A stretch of DNA of 63,329 nt, counting the filler, from Aduncisulcus paluster (lineage: Eukaryota): NCBI GenBank assembly GCA_024181965.1. It is 6 parts of 6 records of this genome, joined end to end, with 100 filler letters (N's around TTAATTAATTAA, not from the genome) between each part and the next. Parts side by side here need not be neighbours in the genome. Positions count along the whole stretch, not along the records: positions 1 to 7,707 come from BQXS01011022.1; positions 7,808 to 16,973 come from BQXS01011024.1; 4 more parts are not named here. One strand, given 5' to 3'. The stretch's first letter is position 1; every line of letters starts with the position of its first letter. The notes under the pieces are model-generated. The model did no database searches and was not told the DNA's origin. It saw only the letters and a list, made by a program, of their open reading frames with translations. The translations under genes were made by a program, and so were the position numbers. This document shows, one piece after another, positions 1-11,199 of the stretch.

Positions 1-1935
1 AACAATAATCTTATCGGTGACACCTTGTTGACCTTCTCTCAATCTCGAACGATTTTCTCTTTTGTCTCTTTTCTCAATTCTCTTAAGTTCAGAGGCAGTC
101 TTCACACCAGTTTCTAACATTCTACCGGTTTGTCTCTTTCTCAATTGTCTAATTTTAGAGCTCTGTTTCAGAGTCTTCCTAACGTCAACATCCTCTCCAG
201 CAACAGTATCGAGGGCAGTATATTCAGTGTCAGCACGGAGCCGACGTTTGATAGCTTTTGCGGGAACCTTTGTAGAAGTGAATTCAGGCGCCTTCTTCAC
301 ACGCTTGTACTTCTTCTCCCATTCCTTCAGTGAAGCGTATGCCTTTCCGCCATCCCATTTTGCCTTGAATTCGGCAATCATTCTGTCCTCTTCCTCCTCA
401 AGGGCAGCCAATTTCTTCTCAATCTCTGGATCGATCCAATCAGCAACATTATGTCCTTGATATTCTTCTGGGACAGCATCATGAACCCATTCAGGATTCT
501 CAAGTTCATGGTGTTCACGCCAATCGAAATCAAACTTTCCAACTCCAAGTTCTTGCTGTTCATCTTTCAAAGTGTGTACGCCTTCACGACTGGAAAGAAC
601 ACCGAGTTCACGTTCGCGAAGGATGTCTCCAGCCTCCTTTTCACGTTGAATGGCTTCTCTCTCTCTAATTTCAACAGCAACAGTCTCAGGAACATCACGT
701 TTCACTTTGTGGCCAGCTCCAGGCCTAAATTGGGGCTGAGCAATAAAAACTCCTTGAGAAACACTCTTACGGCTCTGTTCAGCCCTCACTTGGAGCAGTA
801 ACTCGCAAGAAATACGCTTAACAAGGGCAATGCCTGCAGAATTAAGAGTAGAAGTGATAACAAATCTGATATTATTCAAGGGATTGTCACTCATGACAGA
901 GGGAAGAGTTTTGTTGAATTCCTCGGGACTACGTTTTGAAGGGTCGCTCTTTCCTTCAATGTATCCCTGCCACTCAGTCACGGCAATCTCAAGGGTCTTG
1001 GCAGCATCGAGACTGAGGAGAACATCACGAGTGTGCTCGGGAAGTTTATCCCATGACCACATATCAGCCTTGTTAAGTAAAACAATAAGAGGTTTGTTTT
1101 TAAAGGTTACGGCAAGTTGTCTAAAAAGTCCAACTTGTTGATCGATATCCATTCCACAAGATTCTGTTGGATCGATGATATATAAAATAGCTGCACGGAG
1201 ATGAACAAGAGCCATAATGGACTGCATTTCTATTCCATTTCTATCCTCTAACTCATGATCTAACAAACCAGGAGTATCAATAATCTGCCACCTCAAATGA
1301 CGATAATCCATGTGACCACAGAAAAGAGATTTTGTAGTGAAAGAATATTCCTGAATATCTACATCAGCTTTGGAAACACTCTTCATAAATGAAGATTTAC
1401 CAGCAGAAGGACAACCAGCAAGAACCAAAGTTCTGGCAGAAGGTTCAATGGCAGGAAGACGAGACATATGTTGTCTACACTGCTCCAAAAATACAAGAGC
1501 GGGATTTTGTTTCCGAATAACTGAACACATTATACCAAGAGCAGCTCTTTTTAGCGATTTACATTTAAAAGCGGAATCGGCATGCCTCAGGAGAGAAACA
1601 TACCTCTTTGCCTGGTTATCTACAATTCCTTTTGCTTTAGCTATTTGCGAAAGGGCTAATTTATAATAATCACGATCATACAACACATTTAGAAGACCTT
1701 TATAAAATGGATGAATATCATCAATCTGGGGGAACTCAGAAAGGATGTATTGTAACTTCTCAGTGGCAAATGACTGGGTAGCCTTAACTTTAGTCATATA
1801 AAAATCTCTAATTCTTTGAATATGGAAGTTGGGATGAATTTGGGTAGGAGTTTTCCTTTGTGTTTTAGATAAAACAATATCTACAAACACATTAGCATTG
1901 GGCACGGGCCTTATAGCTTTGAAGTTATACACCAT
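1..1935 (-). CDS. NOG1: Nucleolar GTP-binding protein 1 (3' end runs off the window)
   Basis: Hand translation from ATG 1935: MVYNFKAIRPVPNANVFVDIVLSKTQRKTPTQIHPNFHIQRIRDFYMTKVK; G1 GCPSAGKS, FTTKSLFCGH, WQIIDTPGLLDH..EDRNGIEMQSI are all NOG1 signatures. Absent from the ORF track because there is no stop inside the window. Confidence 0.97.
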   Translation of the reverse strand, partial: MVYNFKAIRPVPNANVFVDIVLSKTQRKTPTQIHPNFHIQRIRDFYMTKVKATQSFATEKLQYILSEFPQIDDIHPFYKGLLNVLYDRDYYKLALSQIAKAKGIVDNQAKRYVSLLRHADSAFKCKSLKRAALGIMCSVIRKQNPALVFLEQCRQHMSRLPAIEPSARTLVLAGCPSAGKSSFMKSVSKADVDIQEYSFTTKSLFCGHMDYRHLRWQIIDTPGLLDHELEDRNGIEMQSIMALVHLRAAILYIIDPTESCGMDIDQQVGLFRQLAVTFKNKPLIVLLNKADMWSWDKLPEHTRDVLLSLDAAKTLEIAVTEWQGYIEGKSDPSKRSPEEFNKTLPSVMSDNPLNNIRFVITSTLNSAGIALVKRISCELLLQVRAEQSRKSVSQGVFIAQPQFRPGAGHKVKRDVPETVAVEIREREAIQREKEAGDILRERELGVLSSREGVHTLKDEQQELGVGKFDFDWREHHELENPEWVHDAVPEEYQGHNVADWIDPEIEKKLAALEEEEDRMIAEFKAKWDGGKAYASLKEWEKKYKRVKKAPEFTSTKVPAKAIKRRLRADTEYTALDTVAGEDVDVRKTLKQSSKIRQLRKRQTGRMLETGVKTASELKRIEKRDKRENRSRLREGQQGVTDKIIV

Positions 1936-2301
1936 TCTTGCCGAAAGACTTGATTGAGAATACCCTTGATCGTGAGATTTTCTCAAGAGTCTATTTTATT
2001 GTGACTTTCTGAAACACTTCCAATAATAATCTATCAGGATATTAATTATCAGTAATGATTAAATTAATACACCAATATTTAAATTGTTTCTTCAGCTTCT
2101 GTTGTAATGGCTAATCAGCGAATCTCAATAAAAGACCATTATTCTTGATATACAATCGCAATATATTGATTAGATTTAAAGAAATTCGGAGCTATTAATT
2201 TCTTGACTTTCTTATTTCTCCTTATGAGAAGCATAACTATTTTTAGATTTATGAGAACGTGAAGTTTATACTTCTCTCCGTTTTGGCAAGAGTAGTCTAG
2301 C

Positions 2302-3017
2302 AGTATGTGATACATAATTAAATTAATGAGTTATAATTAATATTATCTTGATTTACAATATTTTTATCATGAATTTCTAATGATTTTCCCTATTTGATTG
2401 TTTTTGTGTTTATCTTCTTTAATATAGTGAGTATCTCTAGATCTGGTGAGTTCAAGCGTCGTTCCACTGGTGCCCGTCGCCGTCAATATCGTATGAAGCG
2501 TAAGAGTTACAGCGGCAAGCAACCCGCCCAAACCAAACTTGGAGCCAAGCGTGTTCACCTTGTCCGTGCCCGTGGTGGAAACATCAAACACCGTGCCCTT
2601 CGTCTTGATTCCGGAAACTTCTCCTGGGGTTCTGAGGTTGTCGCCCGTCCTTCCCGTATTTTGGATGTTGTTTACAACGCTACTAGCAACGAAATGGTCC
2701 GTACCAAGACTCTTGTTAAAGGAGCTATTGTGACTATTGATGCTACACCTTTCCGTGACTTCTACCAACGTTCTTACGGTGAGCTTCTCCCCTCCAAGGT
2801 GAAGGCTTCTCTTCCCAAGATGACCGTTGAGGCTCAGGCTAAGGCTGAACAGGCTTCTAAGGGTCACACCATTGATCCCTCCGTTAAGAGTCAGTTCTTG
2901 TCTAACCGTCTTCTTGCCCGTATCAGCTCTCGTCCTGGTCAGGTTGGTCGTGCCGATGGTTACATCCTTGAGGGTCCCGAATTGGACTTCTACGTTAGGA
3001 AGATGGCTAAGAAATAA
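2302..3017 (+). CDS. RPS8: 40S ribosomal protein eS8; join(2302,2428..3017), 196 aa
   Basis: SISRS..KRRSTGA, RARGGNIKHRALRLDSGNFSWGSE, SSRPGQVGRADGYILEG. The ORF has no in-frame ATG; splicing GTATGT(2303)..TAG(2427) creates A|TG-AGT-ATC-TCT-AGA. Confidence 0.95.
2303..2427 (+). other. Spliceosomal intron (125 nt) inside the RPS8 start codon
   Basis: GTATGT donor, AT-rich body, tctttaatatAG acceptor; removal restores the ATG. Confidence 0.8.
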
Positions 3018-3361
3018 ATGAGATATTGATATATAAAGAATTATCGTTTATTCTTTTTTTATTTGTGTTTTTATCTCTATATTATGGGGTAGGGTTCTGA
3101 AATGTTTTATTGATATTTTTTAATTGTATTATGTATTTTTTTATCAAAATTTATTCAGTTGGATTTGTGTTTGGCAGATACGCTGACTTATCGGGATATC
3201 TTCAGGCGTTTTGAAAATTACATAAATATTCAAGAATAAAATAATTTAGCATGAAACATTATACAATTATTTACTACAATATTTATTTTCACGCACAATT
3301 CCACATCCGGGAAAAACTTCATCTTCCCCACTTCTTTTGTGCCATACAACCAATAGAAACA

Positions 3362-5449
3362 ATGATGAGGTTTGGAGCGCAATTATTATATGTTTTTGTG
3401 GCTTTGGCTTTAATTGTATTTTCTCTCCCTTCCGTGGTTTATTCCCACCAAGTCTCATGCAATAATTATGGTACCTGTGAAGCTACTTGGTCAATAGGTG
3501 CTATTTTAGATCCTATTCCTGAGGGAGAATATGAAAAGATATATTCTACTGCTGACTATTTTTCTAACCAGACAGATTGGGATAATTCTGATAACAAGGA
3601 CACTCTCATTTCAGTTCAGTTCCCCAAGATCGCATACCTATCTGATTCTCTTTGTATATACTATGAAAATCCTGACTCTGGCGTCAACACTTCCTACTGT
3701 GGTGAATATGGTCTTGATAAACAAGTTATGTTTAAAGTGAAGGATTTTGAAATGGCCAACCTCTATTTCTTTATTGAAACGATTGGATCTACAATTAATT
3801 ATGGTTCAATTCAAGTGTATCTTCGTCAGATTATCAATATCGATGATATGGATATTCCAACTTATGAACAAACTGCTCCTCCTTTTTTCCTCCGTATTCT
3901 TGATGATTATTCTTTACCTAGCTCAAAACAAGGGGAAATTATACGTGATTTCCCTGTTCAAATATCAGGATGGAATTCTTTCGAGCCTACATCCGTCACT
4001 GCTCATGTTGAGATCAGCAAACAATTAAAAGATCTTGGCGACAGTGAAAGGGAGCGCATTTGTGTTCGCGGTATTGACAGCCATGGATACGTCTTAAATA
4101 ACTATGAACATTGCCTTGATTTTAACACTATCGATTTACAAATGGATATTATCGTTGCCACTGACTATTCTCAGCTTGACTCTGTCCGTGTCATCCTTGA
4201 CCTCGATTATAATAAGCGTTCTCAGTATAATCTTACAATTGGTCTGATGTCCCAACGTAAATATAACGCTTCTTACACCACTCTTGTTGTGTGTGATTCT
4301 GACACTGATTGTCAGGATGCTGATGGTAATGGAGGTGTCTGCTACTCCACCAATGGTGCTTGTCAATGTAAAGATGGGTACGTTGGTGCCAACTGTGATG
4401 TCGTTACCTCCGATCTCTGTTCCAATGGATCTCCATTCAAGAGTGAGAAGCTCTTCTGTGAATGTGATGATGGTTACACTGGACCTTTCTGTGACTCTTT
4501 GATCGGGTGTGATGGTGATAGCCTCTGTTCTAACCATGGTCTCTGTGTGTCCGATGATGCCGAGGGATTCGAATGTCAGTGTAATGATGGCTATTTTGGA
4601 AGCACATGTGAGAATTACACGTGTGCTGACGATTGTAACAGTCATGGGGAGTGTTCTGGTCCTGATGAGTGCAATTGCTACCCTGGATGGGCTAATGCTA
4701 GTGATGGTTCTGCTAACTGTTCTGTCTGTGCCGAAGGATGGGGACCTGCCGTTGACGACACTGACCCTGATGGAGATTACTGTTATATGGCTGCTGGTAC
4801 CAGTACATGTGTCTATGGACAACGTGTCGGAGGTGACGCTTGTATCTGTGACCCTGGTTATTATGGTGATATTTGTGACACTGCCATCTGCTCATATCCT
4901 GCTGAACATGCCGAGACCTGTGCTACTCCCGACCACTGGGTTTGTATTGTTGGATACAAAGGTGCTCAATGTGATCAAGTTGAGTGCATTAACACAACTG
5001 ATTGTGTTCACGGCACTTGTGATACTGATCCTGAGGTGTGTGATTGTGACGAAGGTTGGTATGGTGATAGTTGCAATGAGGTCGAGTACTGTCTCAGCTC
5101 CATTCAATGTGTCAATGGACAGTGTGTTGATAGTCCTGATGAATGCCAATGTGCTGACGGATGGACTGGTGACTCCTGTACCACTGTTGACCACTGTACT
5201 GTCAAGTGTGGAAAGCATGGATCCTGTGTTGATTCCCCGACGATTTGTAAATGCCATGGAAGCTACCTTGGTGCCAGTTGTTCTGTTAACCTTGTCGCTG
5301 CCATTGTTGTACCCGTTGTATGTGTGATTATTATTATTATCCTCATCCCTGTCTGTCTTGTCCACTGTAAAAAGGCCAAGGAAAGGGTGTATAGCAGTGA
5401 ACTTCTTACTTACACTGATATTCAGGATGGTAATGAAGAAAGCCTGTGA
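3362..5449 (+). CDS. Tenascin-like EGF-repeat single-pass membrane protein
   Basis: Signal peptide MMRFGAQLLYVFVALALIVFSLPSVVYS, ~310-aa Cys-poor N-domain, about ten EGF-like repeats (CxCxxGYxGxxC), TM LVAAIVVPVVCVIIIIILIPVCLV, short tail ending ESL. Confidence 0.88.
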   Translation: MMRFGAQLLYVFVALALIVFSLPSVVYSHQVSCNNYGTCEATWSIGAILDPIPEGEYEKIYSTADYFSNQTDWDNSDNKDTLISVQFPKIAYLSDSLCIYYENPDSGVNTSYCGEYGLDKQVMFKVKDFEMANLYFFIETIGSTINYGSIQVYLRQIINIDDMDIPTYEQTAPPFFLRILDDYSLPSSKQGEIIRDFPVQISGWNSFEPTSVTAHVEISKQLKDLGDSERERICVRGIDSHGYVLNNYEHCLDFNTIDLQMDIIVATDYSQLDSVRVILDLDYNKRSQYNLTIGLMSQRKYNASYTTLVVCDSDTDCQDADGNGGVCYSTNGACQCKDGYVGANCDVVTSDLCSNGSPFKSEKLFCECDDGYTGPFCDSLIGCDGDSLCSNHGLCVSDDAEGFECQCNDGYFGSTCENYTCADDCNSHGECSGPDECNCYPGWANASDGSANCSVCAEGWGPAVDDTDPDGDYCYMAAGTSTCVYGQRVGGDACICDPGYYGDICDTAICSYPAEHAETCATPDHWVCIVGYKGAQCDQVECINTTDCVHGTCDTDPEVCDCDEGWYGDSCNEVEYCLSSIQCVNGQCVDSPDECQCADGWTGDSCTTVDHCTVKCGKHGSCVDSPTICKCHGSYLGASCSVNLVAAIVVPVVCVIIIIILIPVCLVHCKKAKERVYSSELLTYTDIQDGNEESL

Positions 5450-5803
5450 AAAAATGAATAGGACAAAAAATGGGAGGAAAGAAATGGTAATATACCTTCA
5501 TTTCTTTTATTTGAGTCTCATATTTTTGAGATATCTTTATATTATTTCTTAATCACACTGCATTGTTCTTCCCATTCAGTTATCATATATTGATGACTGT
5601 TTTCGAGGGTGGAGCTGCGATAATCCGTTATTTTGTTTCATATTTTTACCATATTAGAGTAAATGATTCGCTAATCTTATATTATCTCGGAATTGATTCA
5701 TCCTAGAGAATTGGTTCTTAAATTTACGTTATTTTTCGGGATGTTTTATAATTTTTATCCTCTTATAGATACATTTTATGGGGAATACCATACTTTCTAT
5801 GAG

Positions 5804-5858
5804 ATAATAGTGCCACCGTGGCCGCCACGGTGGTTATGCGGCATAATAGTGACTATTA
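5804..5858. repeat. GC-rich cluster of three palindromes flanked by a 9-bp direct repeat
   Basis: ataatagtg at 5804-5812 and 5843-5851; ccaccgtggc-c-gccacggtgg 5813-5833; ttatgc-g-gcataa 5834-5846; taatagt-g-actatta 5844-5858. Confidence 0.85.
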
Positions 5859-6019
5859 AAGTGGAGATTCATTAGGATAAAATATTGACATATTTCACAT
5901 CATTTTGTGCTTAAAAATCAATTTGAACGTATTTTAGAAGAGTAATTTAATGGAAACGTCACCAAATTGCTGATAAATGGGGAAGATTCTCAAACTCGAG
6001 AATACATGATTTAAATTTA

Positions 6020-7707
6020 TTATTCTTTTGGAAGGATTCTATAACTTAGATCATAAAACTGTTGTGTTTCAAGATAATCGTGTTCTATGATCATTTTTCT
6101 GACTTGTTTGCTCTGTGAATCTCTAATCCAATCTCTGAATCCCTGGGCTTGGTACCGCAAGAATCCAAATGTAGCATTATAACAGAGGGCAGCACGTTGC
6201 ATATTAAACAAATATCCATCAACATAACGGTCAAGCTCACAAGCATATACAATTACCTTGAAGAACATCCCTGGGAAGGGAACACAGGCTGTCGTGCCCT
6301 CATATTCGCCTTTCTTGGGATTGTATTTACCGTGAGTCCCTAATATCATCTTTTTCATACGGACATTACCTTCATTGGTGCCAACAAGAGGAGACAAATC
6401 AGTATAGAGACGACGGACTGATGGGACCATATCTATTTTTAGACGATCAACTGCGTCTATTTTTAGAGCTGAGATAAAACAATACATTGCCTGGAAATTC
6501 CCCCTATCAACGCATAACTTTGCGGCTTTAATATACCTTCCGAGAACCTTTGAGCGGACTTTGGGATCACTCTCACCCAAAAGACTCACAACAAGAAAAC
6601 TCGTGGTATGATTGAATCGGTCAACGAGACATACAAGATTGGGCGAAGCGAATCTATTTTTAGGATTTGTAAATGATTGAGAAACAACTTCTCTTGGGGT
6701 AACCTTATAATAGGGCTCAGAAGTATATGAACAGACGGCATCAGCAAGATTTTCTGTTGAAAATGAAGAAATTGAAGGGAATAAGAAAGGTAATACTGAC
6801 TTTTTAACCTTAGGAAGGCTTGTTTTGGATGTTATTTCGGGAGAGTCATCGATAACATCAGTCACTTTAATGGGCTCGATTTCCTCCTCTTCCTCCTCTT
6901 CCTCACCAGAGAGATGGGAGGTAGCAACCGTGGAAAGGGAAGATGTGGGTCGTGGAATCTCGGGAGAGTGTATTTCTTTCACGACTCCATCTCCACGAGT
7001 GATGTCTTCGTCTCTTTCTTTCAGATCTACACTCGCTACAGAATCGTCAGACACTGCATGCAACTCAGGAAGAGGCTCAAGGGCATCATGATCATCAGCT
7101 TCCTCAGTGACTTTGCCGGAAGATGAAATATCACTCTTTAATGGAGACATGGATATGGCATCCTTGAGAGGCAATGGGGAGGACGCAATAGGTGAAGTAA
7201 TACCCAACAAACTTCCTCTACGAGACGAAGCTTTTCCTTCACGAACAAGGGGTGGTTCACTCACGCGTAGAACACTTCCACTCCGAGTGAAACGAAGAGG
7301 TAACCCATCCCTCGAAATCAGGGAGAGGAAAGGTGATGTATGTAGTAAGGAATCCCTTGGAGAAGTCGAGAGAGACGCGGGAGAAGAGGAAGTCGGGGAT
7401 GTGGCTCCAGTGGAAGAGGATTCAGGACCAGATGTCAGTTTGATAGTAATGGGAGGAGGAGTCGGGAAAGATATCACAAGACAGGGTGTTGGGTTACCCT
7501 TGGTATCGTCCTTCAGGGCTTCTTTCTTCAAAGTAGCATAGGCACTTGAGTGAATATGTTTTGGAATTGGCCCAATAAACATGGTTAAAAGGGGGATTCT
7601 GGAGAAGAGATCGTGATTGGGAATGGCACCCTTATATGAAAGAGAAGAATTATATCCATGCTGATGAGACATGAAGATATTGCTCATGGTTGGAAGGGGA
7701 CGGGAAG
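6020..7707 (-). CDS. RasGEF (CDC25-homology) domain protein, 5' partial
   Basis: SPNLVCLVDRFNHTTSF...RSKVLGRYIKAAKLCVDRGNFQAMYCFISAL..AVDRLK, CVPFPGMF, FNMQR; Ser-rich linker upstream; cut by the linker at 7708. Confidence 0.88.
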
Positions 7708-7807
7708 NNNNNNNNNNNNNNNNNNNNNNNNNNNNNNNNNNNNNNNNNNNNTTAATTAATTAANNNNNNNNNNNNNNNNNNNNNNNNNNNNNNNNNNNNN
7801 NNNNNNN
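7708..7807. other. Artificial contig linker N44-TTAATTAATTAA-N44 (also 16974-17073, 22209-22308, 29999-30098, 53831-53930)
   Basis: Identical 100-nt spacer with stops in all six frames; genes on both sides are truncated and unrelated. Confidence 0.97.
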
Positions 7808-8511
7808 ATGGTGCATGTGACTCTTGTGGTGGAGAAAGAGGAGAATGTGTTTACTCGACCGATCTTTCAACCGCTATCTGTGAATGTTTCGATGGATGGT
7901 TTGGAGATGAATGTTCACGACAATGTCCGACAGATGCAGACGGAAATGTTTGTAGCACCAATGGTACTTGCAGTTCTGTGTTTAATACATGCTCTTGTTC
8001 CGATGACACATTCTTTGGGTCTGCATGTCAATTGGTATGTGTCGCTGACGACAATTGTTCTGGAAATGGAACGTGTGTGTTTGCAATAGAAAATGATTCA
8101 GAGCTTGTGACGTGTCAATGTTATGATGGTTTTGGAGGAGACTCATGTGAAACAATTCTTTCTACGTCTTCATTGGAAACATGGCAACTCGTCCTGATCA
8201 TTTGTGGAGGTGTTGCAGTTGTTGTTGTTGCAATTGTAATCGTGAAGTGTTGTTGCTGTTCAAAGGGGAAGAAGGGGACTAAAGGCGAGAAATATTATTC
8301 CGGAGTGCAACCTTCACCTCCTGTAATGTCTTCAAATAGGTCAAACCCTCGTAAAGCCTCTCGCCATCCAGCTCATCCCATGATACATCAAGGAATATCC
8401 CCTGTTTCTCAATCAGTATATCATCCTCCAATGGGACATGGATTTAGCAATAGAAATCCTGAAAATTCCCAATATTTCCATAGTTTAGCAGAATCAGAAC
8501 TCTATGGCTGA
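7808..8511 (+). CDS. EGF-repeat membrane protein, C-terminal part (5' partial)
   Basis: Frame open from the linker: GACDSCGGERGECVY..CECFDGWFGDEC..., three EGF-like repeats, TM WQLVLIICGGVAVVVVAIVIV, then KCCCCSKGKK and a Pro/Ser tail. Confidence 0.85.
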
Positions 8512-8834
8512 TATTGAACATGCATTGAGTTTGAACAATGAATTAGTTAGTGAGGATAAAATTGTTTTTTTTATTTATTTATTTGTATTGAAGGTTTGTA
8601 TTTTCGTGTTTTTACTAGATTTATCTTGCTTCGATGGTCAGTTCCATCCTTAATATTCACCCGAAACTTCTTAAACTTTTACATATCATTTCTTCAGAGA
8701 ATGAATGATTGTATTCTCAGTATCCTGCTTTGTTGCCGATAAAACCCCCGTTTACATGGTGAATTCACATTGTTTTTTATAATGGTCAATTCAAATTATT
8801 GGTCTTCCAAGGAAATTTCCCAGTAAAATTACTA

Positions 8835-9511
8835 TCATAGTAATACTGATGAAGATTCTCTTATGGTTTTCATTGCAAACAATGCAACCTCTTTTCCACT
8901 TGCTACTACGATCACAGATAAGAAGAGCTTTGTCAACACTATAGTTGGAGACGGATCTTCGATGATTGAATTCTCAAGTTGTTGGGATATGAGAGGTAAT
9001 ATCTTGGAGAGAAATAAAGAGATTTGGAAGACAACCATTGGACAAAGGTCATGATAGAGAAAGAGTGAGATGTGTATGATTCTAAACAATGACATTGTGA
9101 TGGAATTCACTTGGAATATACGTTCTTTTTCGTTCTCTTCTTCTTTTTCATCATTTTTATCTTTTTCTTCTTTAGCTCTTACAACAGATTTCAACGTCAG
9201 CCAGAGGTTAACGTCAGCGTCAGATTTTCCCCAGATTTCAACCGATCATTGCAGGCGACAGAGTCTGTCTCGGAATCTTCGAGACCAATCTCATCTTGAT
9301 CAAGGGATTCATCAACTTTATGACTTATGAACAGTGACAGACATTGGAAACACATTGCAAAAACTATCTGAATAGAGATGATCTTAGATATTGAGGAAAA
9401 GCGCGCAAATAATGCAGCAATACGATCATATTCCCTTCTAAACAGAATTATTACATCAGTTTGTGAAGATGAACTCTTAATATTTTCGTTCGACCTCTCG
9501 AATTCATGCAA
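8835..9511 (-). pseudogene. Possible decayed gene (two ORFs in different frames)
   Basis: Coding-like composition (acidic run, hydrophobic helices) broken by a stop and frame change near 9195-9250; no family recognised. Confidence 0.3.
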
Positions 9512-9625
9512 AATCGAGGATTCTTAATCTTGGACTTCTCATTTTTGTAGAATTTCTTATAATATATAATAATTATAGAACATTTGAATCAAAAAAATTT
9601 TTTGGAAATCCGTTATTCACAAAAT

Positions 9626-10309
9626 CTAACAAACTTTGCTACGGATGAGATCAGCCGATGAAAACCTTTTTTTGTCACCAGCGGAACGACGAAGATCAAG
9701 AAAAGCTTCAAGACGAGAATTCCAGCGTCTTTGAGAGGCAAGAATGGGTTTAACAGATCTAAACAAAGATTCAAGAGATTCAAATTTATATCTTAAAATA
9801 TTTCGCCGAATATTTGGCAATTTTTGAGAAATCATCCAACGAAGCTTATCTTCACATAAGGAAGAAGAATCAATTAATTTGCAAAACTTTGCATCGGATT
9901 TTAATTGAAAAGTGATACAACTTTCTCTTATTCTAGAAGATTGTCTTTTTACCTTTCCTTTTTTCTCTTGTGCAGTTTCTTCTTCCTCTTCTTCTTCAGA
10001 CAAAGTTTCACTTGTTACATGGACAATTTGATCGAGTTCTTTTGCAAATAAATCAACTGCAACAAGCTTAGCGATACGTTCAATTTCTTTTTCAAATGAT
10101 TCCCCTATTTCCAAAATCTTCACTAAATTATCCCATTTCATTTCCCATATATCCCCTTTTAACAATTTAATTTCATCTGACTGCTCTTTTAAGAGCATTT
10201 TAACCTCATCCCATTCCTTTTTAGATTCTTCATGTAGTGAACGTATCAACTTATCTTGTTGTTGAAAATAGAATGCTAGCATACGATTTAACTGTGGAGA
10301 AGACTCCAT
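9626..10309 (-). CDS. Hypothetical coiled-coil protein (227 aa)
   Basis: ATG-started ORF flanked by AT-rich intergenic DNA; E/K-rich heptad-like N-half. Confidence 0.7.
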   Translation of the reverse strand: MESSPQLNRMLAFYFQQQDKLIRSLHEESKKEWDEVKMLLKEQSDEIKLLKGDIWEMKWDNLVKILEIGESFEKEIERIAKLVAVDLFAKELDQIVHVTSETLSEEEEEEETAQEKKGKVKRQSSRIRESCITFQLKSDAKFCKLIDSSSLCEDKLRWMISQKLPNIRRNILRYKFESLESLFRSVKPILASQRRWNSRLEAFLDLRRSAGDKKRFSSADLIRSKVC

Positions 10310-11199
10310 CTATTTCTTAGATTGACGTTCTTTTACAAAAAAACTTATTTTTCAGTATCTGAATAATTTCATAATATTTGATTTTGAAATTAAAGATATT
10401 AAATTATAACAATCGAATTTATCTTATATTTTACATTAATACCTCCAAAAGTTTTGAAATAACAGCTGTATCTATTTTTTTTTTTGTCCTCTGTTCTTCT
10501 TATTATGGCTAAAGATGAGTATCATTTCTTGAAAATTATTCTAATATAAATCACATTATTCACAATTATAGTTGTAGACAATATTGATTTCTTGTGTTCA
10601 TGAATCAACATTGAAATTTATTGTGTTCAAACTGTGTCATCGAATCGCTACGAATTGCCAATTTTTGCGGCAAATGAGACAAAAATTTATTCAATGATCC
10701 CAAAAGAATAAATAAATACACCTTTCTTGCCATTGTAAATATATATATTATATTGATTTTATGAATGAGGATCACTCTCATCGCTCAGCCAATAGATAGA
10801 GAGAATTCTTCGAAAATATGCAAAGGTGAGCAAATACAACAAATGCAACAATAAGATGCAACGATAATTGACGGTCACACAAGGAATTAAAATATTCAGG
10901 AAACAAAAGCTTCCATTTTCAGAGAGATTGACTGCTAAATGACGCAATACCATAGTAGAAGTAAAAATTAGACATTTAAAAAACAAAAGATTATTAATCA
11001 CGTTCAAAATTGATTGAAGAATGATCCATTACGAGACAAAGACATTCCTAATCTAAGAAAAATTTAATAGGAACAGGCATTAATTAAAATAGCAAGAATT
11101 TAAAGAATAAAGAATAAAAAAAACAAGAAAGAACAAAGTAAAGACGGAAGGAAATGATATCTACGAATGAAATTAATATCAATCAACAATAATTTTCAA

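Noticed and set aside
1593-1606. GTATGT on the minus strand within NOG1
   Set aside because: It lies in conserved coding sequence (AKRYVSLL) with an open frame, so it is not a donor.
62-1666. Plus-strand ORFs of 67-132 aa
   Set aside because: Antisense shadows of NOG1.
2303-2427. Possible intronic snoRNA in RPS8
   Set aside because: No C/D box pair or H/ACA hairpins are visible.
3015-3017. Hexamitid-type TAA/TAG=Gln code
   Set aside because: TAA ends RPS8 at the expected C-terminus and long ORFs are free of TAA/TAG, so the standard code applies.
7752-7763. TTAATTAATTAA palindrome recurring five times
   Set aside because: Synthetic all-frame-stop linker inside N runs; neighbourhoods across these linkers are not biological.
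10759-11007. 82-aa hydrophobic ORF
   Set aside because: TTG start, intergenic AT-rich composition, no recognisable motif.
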